DNA of 64,000 bases from Octopus bimaculoides (lineage: Eukaryota): positions 89,668,649 to 89,732,648 of the forward strand of contig NC_068981.1 of the NCBI RefSeq assembly GCF_001194135.2. The letters are read 5' to 3'. Position 1 is the stretch's first letter. Every line of letters starts with the position of its first letter. Both the position numbers and the translations under genes were made by a program. A model generated the notes under the pieces. That model was not told where the DNA came from. It saw only the letters and a list, made by a program, of their open reading frames with translations, and searched no databases. This document shows positions 25,620 to 38,229 of the stretch, one piece after another.

Positions 25620-27437
25620 CATATACACACAACAGAATAGACTGAGCTAGGTAGGAATCAGCTCGCTTTGTTACCATTTCTAGGTCACGTATGACAACAG
25701 GCATTATTTTAGTCTTGAGGTTCCACATCTTGCCAATTTCTATTTCAAGGTCTTTATAATTGCTCGTTTTTTGGAAGGTCTTGATATACATCTATGTCGA
25801 TTGGGACAGTCATACCAATATGGGGGCATGATTTTTGTCTGAAGTTTTTCAATATAATGTCTGACCTATTCGCATCTATCTTTCTGTCAGTTTGAACGGT
25901 GAAGTTTCAGAGGAGTAAGATGTGATCATTTTCAAGTACTGGAGGTAGTTTGTGTTCCCACCAATTTTTATCATGAGGCAGATCCAGGTTTTTACAAATT
26001 ACCCAGTGAATATACTGTGCTGTTCTATCATGCCCGTGGAGATACTCTGTAGGCGCAAGGAGACTGCACATAGAGATAACATGATCAATGGTTTCATTTT
26101 GTTATTTTCATACACGACATGTTGGGCTACTGCCGTTCTTTAATGTGTTGGCCTGACAGCTTCTTGTAGGTAGACGTTGATCTTGGGCTGCTATAATAAT
26201 TCCTTCTGTTCCTGATTTTAAGCCAGAAGACACTAACCATTGATGGGTAAGGGCTTTGTCAACATAGGCATTATTCGCTCTCTTTGGGTATTTGCTATTG
26301 ATAGGTTTTTCTTGCCATTTATCAGTAAGAATACCTAAGGCAGAAATTTTAGTACGGGTTTTCATACGCTTAGCGTTTTCTGTACTTGTTTCCAGTACGT
26401 CTAATTCTGGGATTTATTGTACTTGGAATTCACGTAGATATTCCTTTGCCTGAGTATGATGCTTTCTTGTTTTCATACTTTAAGACAAGTTAGCAACCAG
26501 TCATCAGAGTTTTTCAGGTAGGTATTGAAGCCAATTAAGGCAATCTTTATTGTTAATTCCAGTTGTAAAAGTACACGGCCACGCTCTTTTCTTGACTGGT
26601 AAAGTCGTTCTATATGCTCAACGATTTTCGTATTTTTCTGTCAAGATTACATATTCCAGTAATTGACCAGTTAATGATATTAAAACTCTAAGTCACAACC
26701 GGTATGGCTAAAGTATTCATCACTTCGATGGTGTTTCTTGCATTCAGCTCTGTCTTGAGTATTGCCCTTACCCTGCGATAACATTCTCTTTTGATCCTTT
26801 CCATCATCATTGAATGTTTGATACCATCACCTTCAAACACCCGTAGGTATTTGTAGCTCTACGCTGGTTCTAACTCCTTTATAGCATTTTGCTGGTAAAG
26901 ATTAACGTTGGATGTTTCTCTGTCATTTTCCTTTGATAAAGGTAGCTTTTGCACATGTATCGAAGCCAAATTGTTGGTCATTTTGTGCAAAGCGATTTAA
27001 ATCATCTATGTAAAAAAGGTGACTTATATTTTTATCAAACATTTTATAGTCATATTGTACATCATCGAGCAATTTCGAGAGAGGTATTAAGGCTAGACAA
27101 AACAAGAGTGGAGATAGAGAGACATTCTGGAAAATGCCACATGAAATTCTGACATCTCCAGCATTGAGAGAGTCATTGTCACTGTTCAAAGTCAGTGTGG
27201 TTCCCCATAATTTCATACTTACAGACAAGAAGTTTCGCAGAGTAGGTGCTATTCTATACATTTCCAGACATTTCTTAATCCAGCTATGTGGTAGACTATC
27301 AGAAGCATTTTTATAGTCTACCCAGGCTATCAACAAGTTTTTTTTTGTCGTTTAAGACAATCTTATTGATGAGAAGCTGATATTTACAACCATAGCACCC
27401 AAGTTTACATCACTTTTCTCATTAGGGAATATGCCAC
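25620..27437 (-). mobile_element. 5'-truncated R4/Dong-like non-LTR retrotransposon (RT + CCHC + restriction-like endonuclease), decayed
   Basis: RT: WVDYKNASDSLPHSW...GIFQNVSLSPLLF...SHLFYIDDL. Also IIAAQDQRLPTR...PTCRV, then RSDIILK and YKDLEIEIGKMWNLKTKIMPVV. Flanked on both sides by (ATT)n. Confidence 0.85.
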
Positions 27438-27506
<69 letters not shown>

Positions 27507-27562
27507 AAGATGAATAAAGAAATAATATATGAAGAAAACAAAGAGAAAGAAATTTGGCTCAC

Positions 27563-27672
27563 TTTCTTCCCATTCCATTCCAGCATGTATGAAAGGGCTC
27601 CATTTGCAAGAGGTTTCTCAGTTATGTTGTCTGTTACATTGCTCATCAACCATGGAATCATTGATTTCTCAG
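27563..27672 (-). CDS. 5'-nucleotidase-family metallophosphoesterase, first visible exon (5' part lost in gap 27673-27965)
   Basis: Translates EKSMIPWLMSNVTDNITEKPLANGALSYMLEWNGKK. The PWLMSN motif follows the GNHD motif in this family. Donor GTGAGC at 27562, phase 0. Confidence 0.85.
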
Positions 27673-27965
27673 NNNNNNNNNNNNNNNNNNNNNNNNNNNN
27701 NNNNNNNNNNNNNNNNNNNNNNNNNNNNNNNNNNNNNNNNNNNNNNNNNNNNNNNNNNNNNNNNNNNNNNNNNNNNNNNNNNNNNNNNNNNNNNNNNNNN
27801 NNNNNNNNNNNNNNNNNNNNNNNNNNNNNNNNNNNNNNNNNNNNNNNNNNNNNNNNNNNNNNNNNNNNNNNNNNNNNNNNNNNNNNNNNNNNNNNNNNNN
27901 NNNNNNNNNNNNNNNNNNNNNNNNNNNNNNNNNNNNNNNNNNNNNNNNNNNNNNNNNNNNNNNNN

Positions 27966-28012
<47 letters not shown>

Positions 28013-28349
28013 ATACATATATATATATGATATTTGTGGATTCGTGTTTTTTCTGCAAAAATGCAAAGTGTTCAGTACACACCTTTGTTAGAAGAGTGTA
28101 GTGTGTAGAATCTGTTATAATTGTATGTTTTAATCGAAATCATTTCTACGGTGTGCCGATCGTGAGTCTCAAAGTATGAAAATGGAACAGCACTCATGTG
28201 ATTTAAATATTTTGTATGATTTTATCAAGTAGTTGTCATGTAATTACTGATATGGTCGTTTTGGTGATTGTTCACGCTGTCATTTATGCTTTTTTACGAC
28301 GTCCGTGGCTTTGACATGCAGCAGTAAATGATTTCTCTTTAGATCTAAT

Positions 28350-28997
28350 CATGTGTCTGATAGTCTTGTGAAATAGTAACGCCAAACACATGAGAGACAG
28401 GAATCTTATAAAGTACAACCTACCATTCAACACCAATACAAAATAATTTTGGAAGAACTTTCTCTCGCCCATTACCAAACACTTCCTATTTGGACAGATG
28501 GTAAAAGTACTAAAATTGAGCTTCAACTGTATAAGGAACATATCCAACAGATAATATCCACAATGTAGGTAGCCTACATTAACATCAACAACGAGAAGTA
28601 TTGACATGAAACTACTACAACACAGATGCATACCTCATGAAAGACAAATGCCACAAAAGAAGCTGAGTATACTAAATGATGTAACAATAACACCTAAGCA
28701 TAACCTATTCAAAATCTGCTTGTACTAACAAAATGATGTTTAATTTTCTATCACTGCCTAACAAACACGGCAGAACTATCAAAATACAGTTGGAAATCAA
28801 ATGATGCAGTAATGAGCAGAAATACCACATACGTAATAATGAGGCAGATAAATTCATATAGAAATGAAATCAAGATCTGTGACTTCTGTCTCACATCGAT
28901 ACTACACATCATCCGTCTTCTCTCTCCAATCCTAAACAGAATAGCTGAGTTGATGTCAACTTGCATCTATATGCGTAAGTTCTTGCTGGCCAAGTAG
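28350..28997 (+). mobile_element. Penelope-like GIY-YIG remnant
   Basis: AELSKYSWKSN...YRNEIKICDFCLTSILHII...LNRIAELMSTCIYMRKFLLAK matches the PLE C-terminus. Confidence 0.65.
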
Positions 28998-31900
28998 AAA
29001 GCGAAAACTGACGACTAGAACAGACATCACTATTATATCAAACCAAATGAACAATCACATGACCGACAACGTTACCAGCCACACGATTAATTAACTGCTT
29101 AACCTTAAAGTCGAATCACACATTGATAGCAGTCAGAAAGAATAGGAGCTATCAATACAACACATTAATTCTGATTATAGAGCAGAACCACCTTCTGTTA
29201 CATTTCCCCTACAAAACATGCTTTATTGACCACATGACCAACCACTTGACCATTGATTTGTCCAAATATATCAACACTTAGATAGGAAATCAAAATTCCC
29301 TAAATACTATTATTTATCCTGATTAACATTCTATTAATTCAGATGCACAAAATAGGCCGGTTAACTAACGCCGCCTACATGAAAATTTTAAGTATAAGGA
29401 AATATCATCACATAATATGCACATAGACACACATACGAACACAGGATCTTGTTTTTAAAATTCCCAATAAGTTATGAATACCCAAATTGTGAAGTCAGTT
29501 ATGAATAACATGAAATTAATTACCCGATAGTAAGAATTCAAATAAAGTAGCCCTGAAAAGGGCTTTAATACGTCCCCAGAGTATATAAAACTTAGGAGGA
29601 AATACTAATAAGGTATTATGTATACTAAAATCGTGAAGCATGTTAAGTAATAACAGGCTAATCACATATGAGATAACAATTCAAAGTAAATAACTCTGAA
29701 AAACGCTTTTGTGCGTTCACAGAGAATATTACCCTTAGTGACGCTAGTGTTGGTATATTCGTGAATAAGTCACATCTTACAACATTCAACAAGGGTTAAA
29801 ATCAATCCTGAATGGTAAATTTGGCATCAGTCTTAACAAAACAACAAATACAGGACGTTTTCTGCTTCACATTTTCAGCTAGCATTTTCTGTTGTATAAA
29901 CCATGATTGAAAATTATTTTGCGACTCTTACTTCATCCAAAATATGATGCACAGTTACTATTCAATTTAAATTTGACATGACCTCGTAAAATAGAGAACT
30001 TGAAATCATTCATCTGTTCCTTTCGAAGCTCAGAGCTTTGCAATATGTTTAGCTCGAACTGGATCATAACTGGATCCAACGCTCCTTATCTTTGCGATAA
30101 GCTACGGAAAGGAATTATTCTTCAACCAAGGAAAATACCACACCAATTATCCTCGAATGTGTAATTCACCAGTTCTCAGTATCACTCAGTTGATTTGACA
30201 TACATCAATTTCAGTATTGCTTGCTAACCTACTTTTCAAATCATGTCGTACTCAGTAATTGTTCTTGAGAGACCTCACTGTTTGTCATTTTCAGGTAAAC
30301 AGTCAAACGGATTCCACCATTTTTGTTCCACACGCCACACTTGTTTGAGTAACATAATCAGCATTGGCCTTTGAAATTGTGAGCCAACTATATAACAGAA
30401 AAGCTTACAAAACTGGCGTATCCGGGGATATTTTTCAGGACTCATTACAAGCCATTACAAACCCTCGGTATCACCAGCAGGTTCAGGATATTATCAACGA
30501 TAACAACAAAGAGGAGATAAGGGCCATCAACAAGTAGGTCGACGAGGAAAGGTTAGCTATCAGATGTGTGGTGTAGGAGGACTTCTGGCAAATCTATATG
30601 CAAAAGAGAGAGGAGTTCATGAGCAACAAAACCCGGAAATACAGTGTGATCATGTGAGTACCAATATCACGTGGCCTCTCTATATATCTAGATTTAAACT
30701 TGTTGGTTAACCGCATCTTGGATGTGATCATATGGTAGGGGAGCTGGTTCGTTGAGTCTGATACCCAGTTGTTTCATTGGTTATATCAAAGACACCATTG
30801 AGTCGGAGAGAGTTCTTTTTTCACGGACTAATTATGATATCGCTTGCTGAATGCGAATGACGATTTTCTGGAAGTATGATCTGTTTTCTCTTGAATATCT
30901 TGAGTCTTCCTTGTATATTGCTTTGCTCCCGGTCATATATATATATATATATATATATACTAGCAACTAAGCCCGGATTCACCAGGTCGGTTTGGATGAT
31001 ATGGCTGTAAGACCTGCTCTGTGTAAGCATTCGACGTGTTTGGGCACGCTTACGTCAAAAAACAATTTTATAATGACTTTTTTCTGTCAAAACGCTAAAA
31101 ATAACTGACCTTGTTGAATGTTGTAAGAAGATGGTCAATGAATTATTGAGAAACTCGAACAGTTTGAGGTGCTTATTTACAATCGTCATGGAGTAAGTTG
31201 TGACAACGCATCCAACATGCCTGTCATGTATAATGATACCCTACTATACATATCTGTCCATTTATTTTGCCTGTAATTTTCCTGCGTCAGGCATTACATG
31301 CAGTAGATACTGCAGTATGTTACGTGGAGGAAGTTGCATATTTTTAGTTGAGCAAACAACTCATCAGCTTTCTTACGGTCATCACTGTTTAATGATTCAT
31401 ATAAGTGAATCCCTCAGAGAGAATACGATTTGTTAGATAATCGTTGGACAAAATGGCCCAGGAGACCATTTTCACCAAACCCTGCTGAAATATGACTTGT
31501 GGTAAATCAATACTGTTTCTCAACCTCTGAACAAAAACCATTAATGGTATAATTAAATACGATGATGAAACAAAGGGAACGCACGCAAGATCTTTGTCGG
31601 GGCTCTGAAGAGACAAAATCTGAATTCGAACGGAATATCTTCTTTATTGTTACTGATTCGGTGATTGTTAGAATGACAATCGATTCGTCTGAGTTGTGTA
31701 GAAGCACTAAAGCATGATAGAAGGGGAGAATAATCTTGCATGCAGAAGATTACTAAATAAATACCCGAAGTAAATTTCATCATGTGAAATAAGGCACCCA
31801 AAAGACAATACATGCATCATAGGTTCGTAAATATTAGTGGTCACGTTGACTTTTAAAGAATAAAAATGTATACCTTTCATTAAACTCGTCCGAAGGTATA

Positions 31901-32229
31901 TATTGCACTCCGAATATTCTGTAGATTGCAGTTATGAGATCTTGCAGTTAGCAAACTAACTCTCGACAGGAGACTCTTGGTGAGCACGATGACACAATAA
32001 AGATTGAATGCCCTAACTATTCTTTGTATTGAGTGCAAACACGTGGGAAACATTATTTTTTCGTTAAATATTGAAAACATTTGCATAAAAAATTGGTGAA
32101 ACAGGTTTCATTTAGTAATGAAATTTCTCATTTAATTTAATCACTGAAGACGATAAAGTAATTCTTAACAAGGTGAGTAAACTTTTAGTAAATTATCCAA
32201 ATAATTATATATGTATTTCATTTTCTGAA

Positions 32230-32647
32230 ACTGCTATTGTTGATTGCTGAAGGCCTTTTTCTACTGAAAATTTCACGAAGGGAATCAGCTCTTCAAAACG
32301 TGAGTGATATTAAGGCATGAAATACTGGTAAAAGTCAAGAGCTTCCGGAGCTCAATCTTTAAATAAACATCAGGGACCCTCCTTTTGCTTATAGTAACGG
32401 GCCTCAGCGCCATTCGCCGCAGGCCTGGTACTTCTGTAGCTGTTGTTGTTGTTGTTGTTGTTGCTGGTGGTGGTGGTGGTGGTGTTGCTTCTGCTGTTGG
32501 TTGTGTTGATTAGCTGGGTTGGGTGAGTTGGTTTGTAGTTTTATGGAGCTGTTTCATCCGTTCGTGGAGCTCTCTCATCAGTTGTGCTAATGGCGGTGTG
32601 GGTAACAGTGCTGGTTTGCGAGTAGAGCTTTCCTTTGTTGTTTCTGC

Positions 32648-32702
<55 letters not shown>

Positions 32703-33430
32703 CCTGCTGTTGCTCCTTTATCGTTGGGCAGTCAATTTTTAGGTGGTTTTTACTGCCACAAAGGTGACAGCGTGGTCTTCTGTCTTCAACGGCCGCATGT
32801 AAGGTGGTACCGTCCGGCAGTTTTATAAGACGTGGCACATTTTCTATCGTTCTTGATCGGCTTGAACCAAGAGCTGTTACGCCTGACCTATACAGCTTTG
32901 TTGTTCGAGAACGGCAATTTCTAAGATGTTAATAACTTCCTCGACATTGTAGCAGATGGCTGACAATAGCCATCGTACTTCTATTTCAGGGGGCACATCT
33001 TTAATTTTTATTTTTATAACCTGATGACCTAGGTATGAAAGAATCATTATGACTTCTTCGCACTCTAGTGACTGTGTAGAGTAAGATTCTGTTTGCTCCA
33101 CTGTGTCAAATCTGACTTCAACTGTGGCAAATCTTTTGCCACTTGTGATGTATTTTTTGTGTGCCCATATCGGCTTTAGACGTTTTTCAATTGCTTATTG
33201 GTTTATGGTTTCGGGCGTTCTCGTTTTCAAGTTTATTGTCTTACATATGATAGTTTTTTGTTTTTTTTTGTTAACGTTTTCTAAAATATTTGGCGGAGTA
33301 TTGAGTTTTGTAGTTCTACCCTTCTTTGATAAAAGCGATCTGGTTTCGTTCAATTGTAGGGGAGTGAATGAAACGATTTGTTTTCTTAACCTCAGAACTG
33401 AAGCAAAGTTGCTTTGTCTCTTCATGTTGT
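32230..33430 (-). mobile_element. Decayed ORF1/gag-like coding remnant with CCHC knuckle and polyQ
   Basis: CHLCGSKNHLKIDC (C-X2-C-X4-H-X4-C) in ORF 32587-32838, preceded by interrupted ORFs 33195-33425 and 32877-33101. Confidence 0.6.
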
Positions 33431-34076
33431 TGGTGGTGTTGGTGGTGGTGGCGACGGTATGGATAGATATGTATTCATTACTGTTACTTTCTTTTCCTAT
33501 TTAATAGGGACGCTAATTTCAGAAATTTTAACGNNNNNNNNNNNNNNNNNNNNNNNNNNNNNNNNNNNNNNNNNNNNNNNNNNNNNNNNNNNNNNNNNNN
33601 NNNNNNNNNNNNNNNNNNNNNNNNNNNNNNNNNNNNNNNNNNNNNNNNNNNNNNNNNNNNNNNNNNNNNNNNNNNNNNNNNNNNNNNNNNNNNNNNNNNN
33701 NNNNNNNNNNNNNNNNNNNNNNNNNNNNNNNNNNNNNNNNNNNNNNNNNNNNNNNNNNNNNNNNNNNNNNNNNNNNNNNNNNNNNNNNNNNNNNNNNNNN
33801 NNNNNNNNNNNNNNNNNNNNNNNNNNNNNNNNNNNNNNNNNNNNNNNNNNNNNNNNNNNNNNNNNNNNNNNNNNNNNNNNNNNNNNNNNNNNNNNNNNNN
33901 NNNNNNNNNNNNNNNNNNNNNNNNNNNNNNNNNNNNNNNNNNNNNNNNNNNNNNNNNNNNNNNNNNNNNNNNNNNNNNNNNNNNNNNAACTTTTGACAAA
34001 AATTCAATATCAATACACATAAATAAATACAAGAAATTGTTTAGACTTACGCAGACGAATACGACGACAGCCAAGC

Positions 34077-34119
<43 letters not shown>

Positions 34120-34145
34120 CAGACAGATAGATAGATATAAACATC

Positions 34146-34524
34146 TTGGCACTCCGTCGCTTACGACGTCGAGGGTTCCAGTTGATCCGATCAACGGAAC
34201 AGCCTGCTCGTGAAATTAACGTGCAAGTGGCTGAGCATTCCACAGACACGTGTACCCTTAACGTAGTTCTCGGGGATATTCAACATGACACAGTGTGACA
34301 AGGCTGACTCTTTGAAATACAGGTACAAGAGAAACAGGAAGTAAGAGTGAGAGAAAGTTGTGGTGAAAGAGTACAGCAGGGTTCGCCACCACCCCCTGCC
34401 GGAGCCTCGTGAGGCTTTAGGTGTTTTCGCTCGATAAACACCCACAACGCCCGATCTGGGAATCGAAACCGCGATCCTATGACCGCGAGTCCGCTGCCCT
34501 AACCACTGGGCCATTGCGCCTCCA
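34146..34524 (-). mobile_element. tRNA-derived SINE (family A)
   Basis: Reverse complement of 11099-11475. Confidence 0.88.
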
Positions 34525-35155
34525 GATATAAACATACACGCATATACATAAACATATATATGTACATATGTTTTTACATAGATATACATGCATTTATGTA
34601 TGTATGTATGTATGTATGTATGTATGTATGTATGTATGCATGCCTGTATGTATGTACGTATGTACAGATGTATGTATAGTAATTTGTTGCTAGGATGGAG
34701 GACATCGTAAGACGGGAAAACTGAAAGTGTAAGAAAAGTAAGAGTAGAAAATGTAAAATAAACGATAAACTATCCCCAAAATATAAGATAATTAAAGGAA
34801 CGAAGCCAAAATATGGTTAATCTTTACGCCTGAATTAGATTTCAAAAATTTGATAATTCAACAAGAACTGCATTCACAACAAGCACACATTTAATTACAT
34901 TCCTATTCAAACTTTCGATATCGGCCGAGCTATAGGATTGCCACATCGCATTTTTTTTTTGTTTCATAATACAGATCTACTTTAACATGAAAGTTCTCAG
35001 TTCTTCTTGTGTAATTCTACATCTGTTTCAGATGAGAGGACAACACTGTGTTGTTATCTGTATAGAGGCGAGGACATGTTTATATTGATATTCTTCACAC
35101 GCGAAACAGAAATTAGATTCTCATCTTCTTAAAATATTAAGCAATAACACCCACG

Positions 35156-35423
35156 GGAATATGGCGTAGTGGTTAAGAACGCGAGCTACTAACACCAATA
35201 TTATGAATTCGATTCCAGGCAGTTATCTGAATAATAATATTAATAATAATAATAATAACATCGAAAAATACCTTAGGAATGAGAACCAAGGTTCGAAATA
35301 TTCCCAAGACACCTGATGAAAGCTGAAGGGTATATCAGTCGAAACGTTGTGGTAACAACAAACAAGATAAGGACAAATATCCGTCAATGTATATAATTCC
35401 TAAATTCTTAAATATAGAACTGA
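35156..35423 (+). mobile_element. Composite short retroposon: tRNA-like Pol III head + (AAT)n + hammerhead-bearing tail
   Basis: A-box TGGCGTAGTGG at 35162-35172, B-box-like GAATTCGATTCC at 35205-35216, AAT run ~35230-35258, hammerhead motif 35308-35355. Confidence 0.55.
35308..35355 (+). ncRNA. Minimal hammerhead motif within a tRNA-head composite repeat
   Basis: GACAC-CTGATGA-A-AGCTGA(agggtata)TCAGTC-GAAAC-GTT-GTGGT. Palindromic AACGTT. This copy has mismatches in helices I and II. Confidence 0.55.
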
Positions 35424-36339
35424 ATAAAACTCATTTATATTTAATGTAAAACTTCTTGAAATTATCTAATTTTCGCTAAAAGGTATCGCTAAGCTTTACA
35501 AACTCCACCACCACACAACACACACAGATCCATAAGTACATGTACACACACACACACACACACAACACATATATGCATATAATTATACTATATTTATATC
35601 AGAGGTGGGCCCACGGTTGGGTGCTGACAGGCACGTGTCCCCCTTCAAAAAAAAAAAGAAGTGCGCCCTTCTAAATAATATTACTACGCACTTTTCTCCT
35701 GGAATTGTATTCCCTTCTGACCTTGTGCCCTCCCTTCGAAAAATTCCTGGAAAGTTAATAATTGTTTATTATTAACAGTAAATTGGTAATCTTCACTAAT
35801 TTGCTGACCAATTTGCTGTAATTAACAAACAATTATTAACTCCCCAATCCCCATTTTCTTCTTCTTTTAAATGTATGTATGTATATATATATATATATNN
35901 NNNNNNNNNNNNNNNNNNNNNNNNNNNNNNNNNNNNNNNNNNNNNNNNNNNNNNNNNNNNNNNNNNNNNNNNNNNNNNNNNNNNNNNNNNNNNNNNNNNN
36001 NNNNNNNNNNNNNNNNNNNNNNNNNNNNNNNNNNNNNNNNNNNNNNNNNNNNNNNNNNNNNNNNNNNNNNNNNNNNNNNNNNNNNNNNNNNNNNNNNNNN
36101 NNNNNNNNNNNNNNNNNNNNNNNNNNNNNNNNNNNNNNNNNNNNNNNNNNNNNNNNNNNNNNNNNNNNNNNNNNNNNNNNNNNNNNNNNNNNNNNNNNNN
36201 NNNNNNNNNNNNNNNNNNNNNNNNNNNNNNNNNNNNNNNNNNNNNNNNNNNNNNNNNNNNNNNNNNNNNNNNNNNNNNNNNNNNNNNNNNNNNNNNNNNN
36301 NNNNNNNNNNNNTATATATATATATATATATATCAAATA

Positions 36340-36800
36340 CCTGATGCACAAAAGGGACACATGCAGGAAAAGCAGTAAAATGTGAAAACCGATGCAGACT
36401 TTCTGGAGTTAACACCGAAGATATCAACCAAAACAAAAGCAGTTGTCCAAAAATGTCACCACGGTATTATTTACCGATGAGGCTTGGTGTAGCTAGGACA
36501 CTGTATAACGAGATCTGCCGAAAGAGGAACCCCGAGGACAAAGAAATAACCCACAGTATGGTAGAAGCCATAACCATAATAAAAGTAGTAATGGTAGAAT
36601 GTCCCAGTGAAAACCACAATAAAATGTAAACACAATAGATCTGATATAACGATTTAGGATAGAGAAGAGAACCTGTGTACAGTTGTGGAAATCAGATATC
36701 TGCGTAAATATCGTTACCTGGAGTTACCTGGACTAATGTACTTAAGCAAAGACTAATAGGTGAAATACTTATCGCATCAGTGGAAGATTGTGCATGAGGA
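36340..36800 (+). mobile_element. Highly decayed R4/Dong-like RLE-domain fragment
   Basis: W*NVPVKTTIKCKHNRSDITI*DREENLCTVVEI resembles the WWNxP...HNRPDIIIWD...VVEI endonuclease motif. Confidence 0.55.
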
Positions 36801-38229
36801 CATATCACATAAACTAGAGACAGCCAACAGTATTGACAGGTATAGTCAACTGTCCTGGATCTGTGAGAGATACAACACCTCTCAACTAGGAGACTATGCC
36901 TTTGCCATCCAAAAACTGGAAAGAGCTACTAAGTACTTGATCAAGAAGGCAAATAATCATGCCTCTAAACTATGACATTTTGGTTTCAAAATTTGGCACA
37001 AGGCCAGCAAGTTTGGGGGAGGTGGCCAGTTGATTACATCGGCCCCAATACTCAAATAGTATTTATTTTATCAAGTTCGAACGGTAAAGTTGACCTCCTC
37101 GGAATTTGAACTCAGAACGTAAGGACAGACAAAACGCCGTTAAGTACTTTGCTCGGCGTGCTAACGATTCTACTAGCTCACCACCTTTGGGCAAGTATCC
37201 CAAACAATTACATTTTAAGAGAAAATGTCAGTAATGCAATACCAGTTTGGAAGACATCAACCATTTTATCAGGAGTTGTACAAAAATAACCAGACAATGT
37301 TCTATGAAACGAGAAGCAAAAATTTACGGATGGTGATGGAGTTCAGCTGGCCGGCGATTGGATATGTCGAGTTTAAAATTGGTGAAGTGATGAGAAGTTT
37401 GCAGTTTTTATATCCATGATATAGATTTTCATTTACACCAATTATCACAGGCGCACAGGTTATGTAACAACAGATTTGTAGAAAAATGTGGAAATGTTGA
37501 AGTCCTCCTGGAAAGAGTAAAGCAAATTGATTTGCATCCTCCAGATATAATCGATTCGTGATGCAGTGAAAATTTGTTAAATATTTTAGGGATTGTCCAT
37601 TTGAAGTACCCGTATTGACTCAACATATGCACATAATCGAATACGGATGTAACATACAAACACAGTTACACACATACACGAGTGAAGTACAATTCTATAT
37701 TACTATAATATGCATACCCACTAACTATGTCACATTTCCACAACACATCAGTGGTTGTCTGGATTTAAACAAAAAAAAATAGCCTTGCCACTTTGTTAGT
37801 GACTGGTCTGAAATCGAATAAAAGAATGAAACGTTTAAGTTGTTGGAACAAGAAACATTTGTCGGGAACCAAATGTTTGGAGAGATGTTTACAACAAAAA
37901 CATTAGGTTTTACTATTCAAATCCCATCTGTAATGTGTCTCAATTTATTGCAAATGACTGCAAGCCTTCAAGGAATGTATACCTCAATGGACTTAAACTG
38001 GAAGTAGCAATAAGGATTTCACCCCCGCTTAAAAGAATTACTATTTTGGTACTTAATTTTTCCTTGTTGAATGACACTTTCTTTTTAATAACCGAATCGA
38101 TGTTGATATGCATAGGCTCATATAACGATATGCTACTGATACACTCATCGGTGCGGAATATCCATCAATGGGCTTAATGCTTGCTTGTATGGATTCTTCA
38201 GGAATTTGATGTTTGAGGCATTCAGTAAT

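Noticed and set aside
31140-31800. Faint Tc1/mariner-like motif (RWTKWPRRPFSPNPAE)
   Set aside because: Too decayed to support without a profile search.
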